Positions 38,343 to 49,875 of a stretch of DNA of 64,000 bases are shown here, one piece after another. A program made the translations under genes and the position numbers. Origin of the DNA: Paraphysomonas bandaiensis (lineage: Eukaryota > Protista > Chrysophyceae); assembly GCA_965644295.1 (NCBI GenBank), contig CBFFRP010000075.1:62001-126000 (forward strand), in the 5' to 3' direction. Position 1 is the stretch's first letter, and each line of letters begins with the position of its first letter. The notes beneath the pieces were generated by a model that was not told the DNA's origin, made no database searches, and saw only the letters and a list, made by a program, of their open reading frames with translations.

Positions 38343-39477
38343 ATGTGGTTCGGCTCTCCCGGCAGTGGCAGTGCATTAACTGATGCACAAAAAGCAGGAG
38401 ATAGCCAGTACTCTACTGGCGGACACGAAACCATCCAGAGCATATTTAATTCAACGACATGTTTTGATTTGATGCGGAACAGCAGCAAGGTTCAGACACT
38501 TGAACTGATTCATTACTGAATATAAGCTTTCTTTCATATGCAGCTTGTCCTCTTTGAAAACACTATACCATTTCAGCTCGCGTTTCTGGCACTAGTTGAA
38601 CATGGTGAGTGTTTTATAGTTATGTCGTCCTCGTAAGTGACATTGATACTCGATTTCTACAGACACAGATGTAGCGCCGATTTGGGATCCTGAGAAGCGG
38701 ACTTTTATTGCGCTATTGACGGCGAGAGACTTCATTTTCACCCTGTATAGAAGACTACTTAATGCTACTGATAACACTGTAACTAGTGCAGTCACATTGC
38801 CGATTTCTGAAATACTTGTCCTCGAAGACCCTATTTTTGTTCACAATGATTTTAACAGTATGGATGCTGAAGATTCTGTGCACCAGCTATGCGCATCACT
38901 GGGACGGTTGGATGCAGAGTATGTGCCAGTAGTGGATCCCGATGAGGGAAGCCTGGTAGCTATTCTGGGGTATATGGACATCCTTCACTTGCTAGTTCAA
39001 ATGGCCCAGCGGATGCCGACGATGTTCTCCACCTCTATCCATGCGGCCTCCATAGGGCGGGTGCGCGCTGTGCCGACTGCCTCAAGGACTTCTACACTAT
39101 CAGAAGTGCTCGCGGTGATGGATGACAGGGACATGAACTGTATTCCTGTCACCGACGCTGCAGGAAAGGTTGTCGGTCTCTATCAGCTTTCCGATGTAGC
39201 GTACATATCCAAACAAATTACCGCGGAGACTGGGGCTATTAATTTTGATGAGTACTTAATTGGGGACATACTGGATGTCCAGCAGCAGTCAAATGGGGCC
39301 AGTCCTCTGTATTCGTGCACGTGCACGCTACAGGATAGTCTTAAGACAGTGATAGAAAAAATGGTTAATGGTCGACTGACAAGGCTTGTGTGTGTGGATG
39401 CTTCGGGATGCTGTATTGGAATTTTGGGCGTTAAAGAGGTGATAAGTTATATTTTTCCTGATGACAGTCCAATGTAG
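38343..39477 (+). CDS. AMPK gamma/SNF4-like CBS-domain protein (introns 38490-38543, 38605-38662)
   Basis: The spliced sequence TCFDLMRNSSKLVLFENTIPFQLAFLALVEH...APIWD...LLTARDFI matches the first CBS domain of AMPK-gamma; further CBS repeats follow. Confidence 0.85.
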
Positions 39478-40151
39478 AAGCAATGTCCTATAGCGCTAGT
39501 CATTTTTAAGGTTTCTTATGCCTTACTATTGTGTCATATTCTAGTTTCCCTCCTACCTGATCATTATGTGATTAGGCTGTCGTATCGAATATTACTACTA
39601 TTGTAGTTATACTGAAAGTTAGAATAATAATTTGGGTGAAGTATGATTGGTCTTGTTTGCTTCCTTCACTATTGTAGACACCCATCCTGCCTTTTTTTCT
39701 CTCGGATTATTAACTACAGCCTACTCTGAAGTATGAACTTGTAGCTTGTTGATGTTCGTTGCTCATCGCTAGTAGCCATTAGCCATCCCGTGTTCTGTGT
39801 AGGATATAAATACATAATCTACAAAACCTAAACTACAACAAGAGGGAAAGGATAAAATAAAATACAGGCGGTAGCAATTAAATATTATGACTTGTAGAAA
39901 AAACTAATGCAAAGCCTATCCAAAAGCAGGCACAACGAAGGAATAACAGCAAAAGGGCCATTAATCATGAAGTATTAAGTTACGACAGGCACTAGAAGAA
40001 ATATTTCTTAACCGTTTAAAGTTTACAATTTGTATTCATCTTTACAGCGATTATCATTCTAATGAAATTAAAAGATATAGTATATAATTCTATAATATAT
40101 TATATATAAGAAAGTAAAAATGCTTCTGATAATCTATAGAACTCCTCTCCT

Positions 40152-41118
40152 CACCCAAATAAGGGAAACTGCATTTCAATTGCATAAAAATGTGCTCCAC
40201 GAAATACAGAGAACTCAGACCTTACCCAACTGGATCACATCTGCACTACGGAGACTCTCCAGCAGAGCCTGGAATCCCTCCATCCCACAGGTCGAGAGAT
40301 ACTGGACTGGAACCATCACAGCAGCCCAACTGGAAACGGTCTTCGGAGATGCCATACACAACCACCTGACGGCACACAGTCTACGGAACCTAGAAACAGC
40401 GGTTATTAATCTCCTGCAACCGCTTTACACTGCAGCGAAGCTTATGTTACAGGATCGCGGTTGTCGCTATATCACCATGTCCAAAAGGCCGCCCAGGCTA
40501 CTCCCGAGACCCCGTCCGAAACGCAGTCAGTCAAGACAACGCCCGAGAGTCCTTCGCTTACTAGGGGTCCAACGACGACCCCCCACAGCGTATTCGACTC
40601 CAGACACACGTGCACACCTCACAGGTCCTACCCGACAGAGCACTGGACTGCCCAGACCTCCACAACGCCGACGGCTTCGACAACTCTATCTACACCCGCG
40701 GCCCCACAGGAGCACAGTAACACAGACTACAAACCCTACCCCTCCTCCCAACAATCCCCACCACCCTCAACCCACACATCTGGAACTAGGTGCACTCAAG
40801 ACCCTAATTCAGAACGCTGAGCCCCCTCCAAAACCAATGGAGACCCATCCCAAAGGGAGACCCCCAGATCAATAGCGCCGGTGAGTCCCAGGACACACGA
40901 TCATGGCGAGCCTCATAACACACACTAAGAACGGAAGTGGTTGCACCTTGGTGCTTGCGGCGACGCACAAGCAGCTTCTGTAGCGTTAAATAGTAGGATA
41001 AAAGAGTTTGTATTGATTAGTTACGGGTAGTGGTCTAACTAGTATGACTAGCATTCTTCTAGCCACTAATTTATGCAAGGTCTCAACGCCTATTGCTAAA
41101 TAATCAGACATTCCCTAC
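40152..41118 (+). mobile_element. 5'-truncated non-LTR (LINE-like) insertion
   Basis: 15-bp direct repeat tagaactcctctcct at 40137-40151 and 41119-41133; ORF fragment ending KGRPPDQ plus about 240 bp of 3' UTR shared with the 46-kb copy. Confidence 0.8.
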
Positions 41119-41175
41119 TAGAACTCCTCTCCTGATATCCTTTCGTCTATATATCCTTTAAGTGGATGATAGTAT

Positions 41176-41225
41176 CAGGGCTAGGAAACAATATATTGAA
41201 TTGCAATACATTGCACAATATAGTA
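41176..41225 (+). mobile_element. Isolated end of the hAT MITE family
   Basis: cagggctaggaaacaatatattgaattgcaatacattg resembles the 34270 TIR; a shorter fragment lies near 58768. Confidence 0.5.
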
Positions 41226-41365
41226 TCTAGGTTCTTAATATATCTCTATATTGATAATCAACTATATAATAATAATTCATATCATATGCCAGTAATGTAG
41301 CTATGCACCCCAATACTGGTCATATTTTACGTGCAAACCAAAGTGAAGGGCAAACGAGCATTATA

Positions 41366-43231
41366 TTAATTATTCAATTCTATCGTTGCTGCTTTATAAG
41401 TATCCACAATAGCAATGCACTCAACCACGTCATCCACACACACAACAGAAAAATCCCATAGCGTAATAAGGTGAAGCAAGAGCAAATGCCTCATTTGATT
41501 GTTAACTATATACGGTGCAAACCTTCGAGCAAAGACTTTTGCAGCTGAAGCAACATACCCATCGGCAAACACAGGAAAGGAATGCACAAACGCGTTCCAA
41601 AGTTTCATAAACTTTTTCTCCTTGAGAGATATAACATCCACATACTCGTCAATCATATCTTCACTCTGTTGAAGAATCCAATCACTCGAAATATCCTTGT
41701 CACTATCATAGGTGTCCTCAGTATGCGCCACCGGAAATCCATTGCAATGGTAATATTGCCTAGCAGGCGTGGGGTTGTTGGAATTCAATGAGCTGCCATC
41801 ATTCGCTTCTTTCATACCTTCAGCGTTATTGTAGAGCGATTCGTGATCCGGAATAGCATGCGAAATGAATTTCGGCTGTGATTCATCACTACTACGACTA
41901 GCAACACTCAATGCTTGTGTTGTAATTTCAGGACATTGTGCAACATATTCCTCACAATCTGACAGCATACCTCTCCAACTACCTCCGAAAAATATAGCCC
42001 CTTCTCTTCCCCTGCTTGCCACTCCTCCAGGATCATCATCACTATTCCTTGGTCTGGAAACAATTATATGCAGTCCCCCATCCATGTCCGCGGCGTATTC
42101 ATAACGAAAATGGCTGTGAAATGTTCGTAAATGAATAACAAGGGCTGAGAGAGCCCGTCTACTCGCTAGAGTCCATAAGCACGAGGCCGATGTTGTAGAA
42201 ACACTAATTGAAGAGGACTTAGCTTTCCGTTTCCGGTTACCGTTATTAACAGAGTCACTGCTCAAGTCCCGAGGTCTTTTGCCACTGTTTTGAGAGTTCT
42301 CTTCTACGACGTGTTCCCCTTTTCCAGAACAAGCAGCAAGCAGGGGAGTAATATATGTACACCCCGAACACCATGGACAGACAAGTCCATCATAATATGA
42401 GATACGATTTCTCATCTGAGGTGGAGAAATAATTTCACTATCCCAATAAGTATAATGATAAAATACAGGCCGTGCATTTAACCTCTGTGCACTGCTACTA
42501 GAACTACTGTCACCACTATAGCTCGAACTGTCAGAGTTATTCCGAGTTTGACACAGAGAATGTACTTTTTTCCTTTCAGTGGCATTGAACCACTTGACCA
42601 TCAATGTTAGACCCAGATCTTTCCTTTCATTTGTTCTCTGTGGATATCGACCATTCCTGTACAATGGTAGAAATATGAATTCTTCAACACACCCAGGAAT
42701 AAACGCACTTCTAGTCTCATTGTGAAGAGACCTGCCTGAGGATGAACACAGCGGGAGGAGTTCCACCACTCCGAACTTCGGTGAAAAACGACACGAAGAT
42801 GGACCGAATAGGCGACCCACACACTCGGACACAGTTCGACTCGCAGGATTTTGATTATCATCCTCTATCAAACATGCCACAATCAACAGTGTGCCTTTGA
42901 TGGTGGTGGTATTACACATCAAAGACATTACATGTTCTGTTCGGTCGAAGTTTGTATGTTTGTATTCCAGAGTACCCAGTATCTTCATCGTTGACAACGG
43001 ATTAAGATCTTGAAATTGAATAGACACGGCTCCAAATATAATCCTGTGCTCAATATTCCTGAACACTGGATTGAACTTAAAGGAGAGAATTTTCACTCGT
43101 TTGGATCGCGGGCTCCACCTGACATTCCGACGAAGTAAACACCTAGAAATACTTTGAGATCTATTAATAAAGGAGTAAAAGGATGTGGGCCCTCCATACT
43201 CCGCATTAAAACTATCACACTGGCGATCCAT
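41366..43231 (-). CDS. SUZ12: Polycomb PRC2 subunit SUZ12-like (C2H2 zinc finger plus VEFS box)
   Basis: CPWC...HLRTFHSHFRYEY finger; RQYYH, DSDKDIS, EKKFMKLWNAFV and HLITLWDF VEFS-box motifs. Confidence 0.85.
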   Translation of the reverse strand: MDRQCDSFNAEYGGPTSFYSFINRSQSISRCLLRRNVRWSPRSKRVKILSFKFNPVFRNIEHRIIFGAVSIQFQDLNPLSTMKILGTLEYKHTNFDRTEHVMSLMCNTTTIKGTLLIVACLIEDDNQNPASRTVSECVGRLFGPSSCRFSPKFGVVELLPLCSSSGRSLHNETRSAFIPGCVEEFIFLPLYRNGRYPQRTNERKDLGLTLMVKWFNATERKKVHSLCQTRNNSDSSSYSGDSSSSSSAQRLNARPVFYHYTYWDSEIISPPQMRNRISYYDGLVCPWCSGCTYITPLLAACSGKGEHVVEENSQNSGKRPRDLSSDSVNNGNRKRKAKSSSISVSTTSASCLWTLASRRALSALVIHLRTFHSHFRYEYAADMDGGLHIIVSRPRNSDDDPGGVASRGREGAIFFGGSWRGMLSDCEEYVAQCPEITTQALSVASRSSDESQPKFISHAIPDHESLYNNAEGMKEANDGSSLNSNNPTPARQYYHCNGFPVAHTEDTYDSDKDISSDWILQQSEDMIDEYVDVISLKEKKFMKLWNAFVHSFPVFADGYVASAAKVFARRFAPYIVNNQMRHLLLLHLITLWDFSVVCVDDVVECIAIVDTYKAATIELNN

Positions 43232-43782
43232 TTAACTACTAGATATAATTAGGTCCAGCATGAAACTCAATGCGAGTGAGACGTCATGATGACCTCTCTG
43301 GTGAGAGCATCATTTGTAAGGGAGCGAATATCTGCATCTATACATCCACATACATGTGTGTGTGTATATATGCAGGTTGTGTTTGATGTGTTTGAACAGC
43401 ACACTCAAACCCACTCCAATTATACCATACTATACTGCTGTATACAGTCCCAGAATACACGCTCTGCGACACACATACACAGCACTGTATGCAGGAATAC
43501 AGTCTACAAGTGTATAAAATTTCGATATCACGAGCAGCAGGGCAAGTAGAGTGTGTATTGGTATTGTACTCCATGTACATGTACTCTGTATACCGGTATA
43601 CGGGGTACAGCTATTGATGCAGGCAGAACATGCATGTATCCTCAGTCTGATATCCTCATAGACGATCTCGTCCATATCATATCACCGCATCGTATCATAT
43701 GCATCTCAGATCACTGCAGTGTCTCCCGCCTATACAAGAACAACCCAATAACATAATCATACATTCAACGTAATAACTCACT

Positions 43783-44909
43783 ATGTTGTCTAAGGTATTA
43801 GGATCGGCCATGTTCTTATTGGAACTGTTTTTCTCCCGTCAGTTCATAGTTCATCGCGTGGCCGGGCTCCTCTATCTCGTGCAGTGGGTAGCTGCACTGT
43901 ATTTGTATTTTGCGGACTATGAGTACTTCTATAATTCGATATTAGTTTGGTCGCTTCCTCTTAACGGATTTGTTCAGTCCGTTATTGCTACTATGAGTAA
44001 GCCGCTTGCGTTTAATTCTGTTACTTCTGTTGTGATATTTTGACTCACAGCTTTTACTTTCCTTCCAAAGAAGCAACAAGATCCTGGATATTATGGAGAC
44101 AAGTCTACTCTGTCTTACAATTTTGTAATGGAAAATATATTTTTCTCTGGTTTGTTGCTCTTTCAGTGCCTCTATATGCATGATATCTACCGTGCTTATA
44201 TACAAAACTTAATTCCTGTTGCCATCGAAACGTCGTTCGTATTCCTTCCTTACTTTGTCTTTCGCCCATTTTTTCCGAAAACATCTTTTCGAGATTCGCT
44301 CGGTAAGGAACGGAATAAGACTGACAAAAATAGAGCCTTTTTTATTATCGTCACCTGGGTAACGAAAATATTTTACGTTTGGGCAAAGCATTACATCGGA
44401 TTCTTTCTTAATTATGCTCGATTTATGGACCGGATCACACCTTCTCAAGTGCGACACATCTATCTTATGCTAATATTCTCCTGTGCTGCTACTACGATAA
44501 GCATGTTTCTACATACCTTAAAGTTTAAGAAGTACATTGGCCCAAAAACTTCTTACTTGTGGTACATGGCTTCCTACATGGCTACGTTTTACTCGTGGGT
44601 ATGTACATGTAGTGATGATGAACTGAAATATTGATGCGATTATTTTGTTGTGTTTCGTAATTTCTACACATGTCTATGTATTCGAATAAACTTACTGTTC
44701 AGGTTCGCATTGCTGACGTTTTTGTGATATCCTGGGACCTCGCATTGCTAACTCTAATAGGAGTTGCCCTTAATTTCGGGCCCCAGGCTCCCCAATTTTT
44801 TCATCAACTTCTATTAGCGGGTATATTTAATACTCACCGAATGGGTTTGCTTCCTCCGTATATCTCGGAGTACTTATTCGCTGCTGATGCTCTTCCAATG
44901 GCGTTGTGA
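43783..44909 (+). CDS. Multi-pass membrane protein with His motifs (3 exons)
   Basis: Hydrophobic ORFs joined by GT-AG introns; HRVAGLLYL, KHYIGFFLNY and FLHTLKFK. Confidence 0.65.
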
Positions 44910-45239
44910 GTTGGCTGTACTCTTTATACTCTAAATGGAGCACTGTCACTATTACTAGTACAGTATTGAATAAACCGTTACAGTGCCTTCCCGTATGATG
45001 CATACTCACAGTGTGGAAATACCACTAATCTGCTTCGCTCTACCTGCTTTAGGGTGCAGAGTAGTTCTGATTTGCATGAATTTATAATATGTGCATTAAC
45101 AATGTGAATGAATAATACATAAAACGTAGTTATTTAAATAATTTATATCCGACGAATCCATGAACTGATATTTGTGTCAAAAATCAAAGTAAAAGGTATA
45201 CCTCAGTAAGGTGTGATTGTTGTGAATGTCTTATTATTA

Positions 45240-45600
45240 TCAAGAGTCAGTGCTTAACTCTGATATCATACTACTTAATGCTTCGAAAGCTGCTTGTGAG
45301 TCACCGGGAGCACTAAGGTGCAACCACTTTCGCTCTATCACTGAAAGTAAACGCAGTGAACAATACCTGACATCTACTGCCTTCATGATTATTGAGTCTT
45401 TAAGAAGGTGAACATCCTGGATGCTTGACTTAATCAGGCAGTCCAATACCCCAGATGCGCCCATTCCTTGATGCCTATTCGTAAGGCTCAAAGACGTCTA
45501 CACAAGTGACACTTATTGGTGTCCCTTGTACCATACAAGCATTTGATGTGAGAGGGCAGAACAATATCTGCTGAATATTATAGTATAGAGCTAGATCACA
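45240..45600 (-). mobile_element. SINE-like repeat copy (core plus LINE-derived tail)
   Basis: The reverse complement contains the core and aagtggttgcaccttagtgctc...cacaagcagcttt, matching the LINE 3' UTR. Confidence 0.7.
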
Positions 45601-46330
45601 GTTCACAACTCATAGGTCTAGATATAAGTAGAATATATATACTCAAAATGTGACAGCTATGAATTATTTTGAAAGAGGTCGTTGAGTTGATGATGTTGGA
45701 AATTGTATAGAAATTATTATAATGTACATAAAGTATATTATAAGTTCAGCGCTATATCTACAACAACTCTAGTCGTTTTCCTCCTCAAGTGTATTCCTAA
45801 TTCCTAGTATCAGGGTTGGGTATACTCAGACGGACCAATAATAATCGTTCCTAAGTTGTGTGTGCTTGTGGCTGTGATGAAGCACGTAGGCGTTATATGC
45901 ACTGTGCAATGCATTTTTGGGTCATGCAGCGGTGTAATAACCACACCACATTCTTGGACCCACTCCTTATCTGGTGATACCGGAGGTCCTATGGATACAT
46001 AATATCCTCCGTGTTGATTTGAGGATGATGATCTGCAATAGTATATATAATATAGTATTATATTGATACTACTATGTTGTCGTATTGTTTATATTGTAGT
46101 TTGCATTCTAAAGAGAGGCAAATGCAGCTATATATGAGAATATGATATTACAAAACACAAGTAGCAGGGCCAACTTGTGAAACGCAATAAATAATGCTAA
46201 TAACAACTATAATTGCGACTTTTTCTTTATCTTTAACCTCTCAGATACGAATTACAGTAAAATAATAACTCAATAATTAGGTATGAGACCTGGTGAAATT
46301 ACTTTACCAGGTTTTGGTATTACCTCAACT

Positions 46331-46985
46331 GATCCAAGATCCAAGATCGAAGTAGAAGATACGTTACCCTACAGAAAGGTCCCCCAAGGATACTACCGCG
46401 GCCGCGTCCAAAACACAGACAGAAACGGAAACGCCCAAAGGTGCTAAGATTACTAGGAATCCACAGGCGATATATGAACCCTACCAACCATACGCAAAGG
46501 ACCATAGCACCGGACCGTATGAAACCAACAGGCCCTAGACAACGGCGACGACGTCTCCGGCAACTCCACCTATGCCCAACGCCCAGACGGTGCATGGCGG
46601 CACCGCCACATTCCACCACACCATCGACCTCTCAGTACACACATCTAGTGCTCGGTACACTCAGGACCTTAATACAGAACCCTGTACCTCAGAGCCAGGC
46701 GGAACCTTATCCCAAGGGGAGACCCCCGGACAACACGCGCCAGTGAGTCCCTCAGACACACGAGCAGGGCGAACTCACAAATCACATTAAGAACGGAAGT
46801 GGTTGCACCTTGGTGCTTGCGGCGACGCACATGCAGCTTCTGTAGCGCTAAATAGTAGGATAATAGAATTTGTGCTGATTAGTTATGGGTAGAGGTCTAA
46901 CTACTAGTAGATCTAGCATTCAACTAGCCACTATATCGGAACGAGTTTTTAGCGCCTATTGCTAAATAAAAAGACCTTCAATAGA
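46331..46985 (+). mobile_element. 5'-truncated LINE-like insertion, related copy
   Basis: 13-bp TSD tattacctcaact (46318-46330 / 46986-46998); ORF remnant ending PKGRPPD and a 3' UTR near-identical to 40925-41010. Confidence 0.8.
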
Positions 46986-47178
46986 TATTACCTCAACTTT
47001 TATGGCCATTAATGGGCCATTTTAATGATGGTAAATACCATTCCAATTACCAGGACCTATTTCATTCATTCCATAGTAATTGTGGGGAACTGGGCACCCA
47101 GCACCCATTAATGGGCCATGCATTAATGGTTACCAGGCCTAATATTTATATATATTGTACTTCGAGGTAGTAATAAGT

Positions 47179-47793
47179 GAGATATATTATTCAACCTAGT
47201 CAATTAGGTTGAATTTTCTAGTAATACTATTTTCGGTGTAAAATCCTAGTCAAAGCAATAAATGACTCAACCTACTAGCCAATTATAGTATTAAACCTAG
47301 TCATGAATTGTACTCGCATATAGTTACGCATTACAGGCCTACTATAGCTACACATTACAGGAATATAGCTACGCACTACAGAAGCATGAGGTCATAAAAG
47401 GTGACGTAGAACCAATGCAACATACAGAAATGAAAAAATTCTTCGCTGGCAGTGTTGGTTTTCTGATGCTCCTGATCACATCCTGGCTCATCCGAAGATT
47501 ATGGGGTTCGATGCCCATGAAATGAAGATTGCTGTAGAGCTACACTGGACTTGGTCATCAGAAACAGCCCAATATTCATTCGACTGTGACGACGAAGTGT
47601 AAGGCTTATATCATTTGAATTTATGGCTACAGTATGCTCCCCTGTTTGACTAGGTGAATACCCACTTCCACCTAGTCATTGTAATGATAAAAGTCTAATT
47701 ATTTAATGACTAGGTCTACCTTCTAGGTTTTTACACCAATTTTGGTGTGACTAGGAAATTCCAATAAATTGACTAGGTCAAAAAATAGATCCC
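47179..47793. mobile_element. Mutator-like (MULE) non-autonomous element
   Basis: About 70-bp imperfect TIRs (gagatatattattcaacctagtcaatt / aattgactaggtcaaaaaatagatccc) and a 9-bp TSD gtaataagt. Confidence 0.8.
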
Positions 47794-48074
47794 GTAATAA
47801 GTAATAAGGTAAACCGATACTGTTGAACGAATATGAAGATGATGCTGTGACAGGTACACTTCTATAACAGTTTTCAAAGTCTTATAACATACTTATTGTT
47901 CAAAGTCTGGAAAGCTGAACTCATCATGTTAAATATCGGCGGTTAATGTCAAACTACATAATTTACGTGGAAGTGATACAGGCGATAATAATTTTGCGCT
48001 AACGAAACCATGTACCACGTATATCTCGTATAAGACGCTACTCGTCACAATCGATTATTCTTTTTTTAATCAGT

Positions 48075-49290
48075 CTAGCCACTTCGTTTCCTTTTCTTGT
48101 GTTTTCTGTCCTTCTTGTCATCCTCTTTCTTGTCTTCCACGGCATCCCACATATCTGCCAATCTGGCAAGGTCTGGATGCCTTTCTCCCAACAAGCGCCT
48201 CCATTTTACAGCCATCTTTTTTCGTCCCTTTCTAGTACGAATCCATACCCGCTCGAAATTTGCGTGGCTGCAATAGTTCTGGGTCACGGCTATTGAGTCT
48301 TCTAAGTTGAGTACTGCATGCCACCATCCTCCAGGAACGAACACAGTCTCCCCAGGGTACTGTGTGAATATACGCATATCTAAGTCAGGGTGACGTTCCC
48401 GTAATCTCGGGAGAAGATCCACAAAATAGTTGATAGCTTCATCATCTTCACCTTTGCGAATAACATCCAAGGCTTTAGCTATGCGCTTATCTGTGGAAGG
48501 AGGGAATATTACCCAGAGTTTAAGGCCCTGTAAGACTGTGTTCCAGGCGGAGGTTCCAAGAGGATCAATGTGCACAGTAGATCCTAGAAACAAACCAAAA
48601 TAGTTCCAGTTAATAGGTATATCAGGTATTATAAATAGACCGCATACCACTTCGCTCTGGCCCTACCAAAAACCATCGATAAGGAGGTCGACGCCGTTCA
48701 CCGACCATGGCGAAAAGATCTTCCGGAAAGTACGATGGTACAGAATAGTCGTTAAGAAGGGACTTGCCAACAGAATCGTTTTCAAATCTGCTGTCGAAAA
48801 TATACAAGGGGGAGTCATCTTTAGTGTGCCTCAAGTACTTCAAGAAATACTTAAACCTCATCTGTAGAACTATAAGTTCGCTGGGGCAGCAACATCATAT
48901 CATCCAACCGACCTTGACTGAGTACCCATCATCATCTTCACCAACTTTAAAATAGCGGTCTTTAATATGACGAAATGAATCGAAATTCCAGTATCGTGCA
49001 GCCTTCCAGTTTTCGTGTGTTGGAATATCGGATATAATGCACGGTATGGACTTCATTTCATAGGACTTGATGAAGTCCTCAACACTCAACTCTGAGGCTT
49101 TTATTCTATCAATACATCTGTCAACTTCAGGAGTGGTGTATATTTCTTTCAGTCTCATGAAATCTGCAGCTCTTGTAGTGGCGAACCCGTCTCGCTCCCA
49201 GTCTCTCAATTTAGGCCTATGCTTTTTCTTGCATTCATTGGCCCGTCTTTCCCAAGTACGTAAACGACCAGTCTTGGAGTGCGATGGCAT
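48075..49290 (-). CDS. JMJD6: JmjC protein JMJD6-like (3 exons)
   Basis: FKVGEDDDGYSVK/MRFKYF, DDSPLYIFD, RRPPYRWFLVGPERSG, HIDPLGTSAWN and PGETVFVPGGWWHAVLN. Confidence 0.92.
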
Positions 49291-49875
49291 TGGACCCTGG
49301 TATCTCTAGCCTAACAGTTGCAATTGGAGTGACAGTTGTGTGCAATGACCTCTTGCCTTCCATGCCATCTATACGTACTGTACATGTACGGCCCTCTATA
49401 TGTATACAGTTACTGTATATATGGTATACCAATACAGTATTCCACTCAGCCGATCATTCTCTGACCATTCCACCCATCATCATCATCAGCAGCAGCAGCA
49501 ATGCTTACTGCTGTGGTGAACACACGACACATACACTGTACATGTATATCTACTCTGTACGTGGGTACCCTTCACAAAAATTCAACAACTCCAAAATATG
49601 GTGTTTATTAGAATGAAATCGACCAGATGATTTGAAAATCCCCACTTTTCTGTTTTAAAAGAGTTGTCAAAAATTCACTTCATGGAACATACAGCCAGCA
49701 GACAGCAAGTGGCATCATAACACTCTCAGGACCCGCACACATACACTGTAACTACACCCAACAGACTGCACTGCACTGGCTCCTACTTACATCCAGTAAA
49801 CAATGTGTTCTCATCTTTGGCCATCAACCGGAATAGAGTGGTCTACTCCTGCTGTAAGAGTGGTGTAGTATCACT

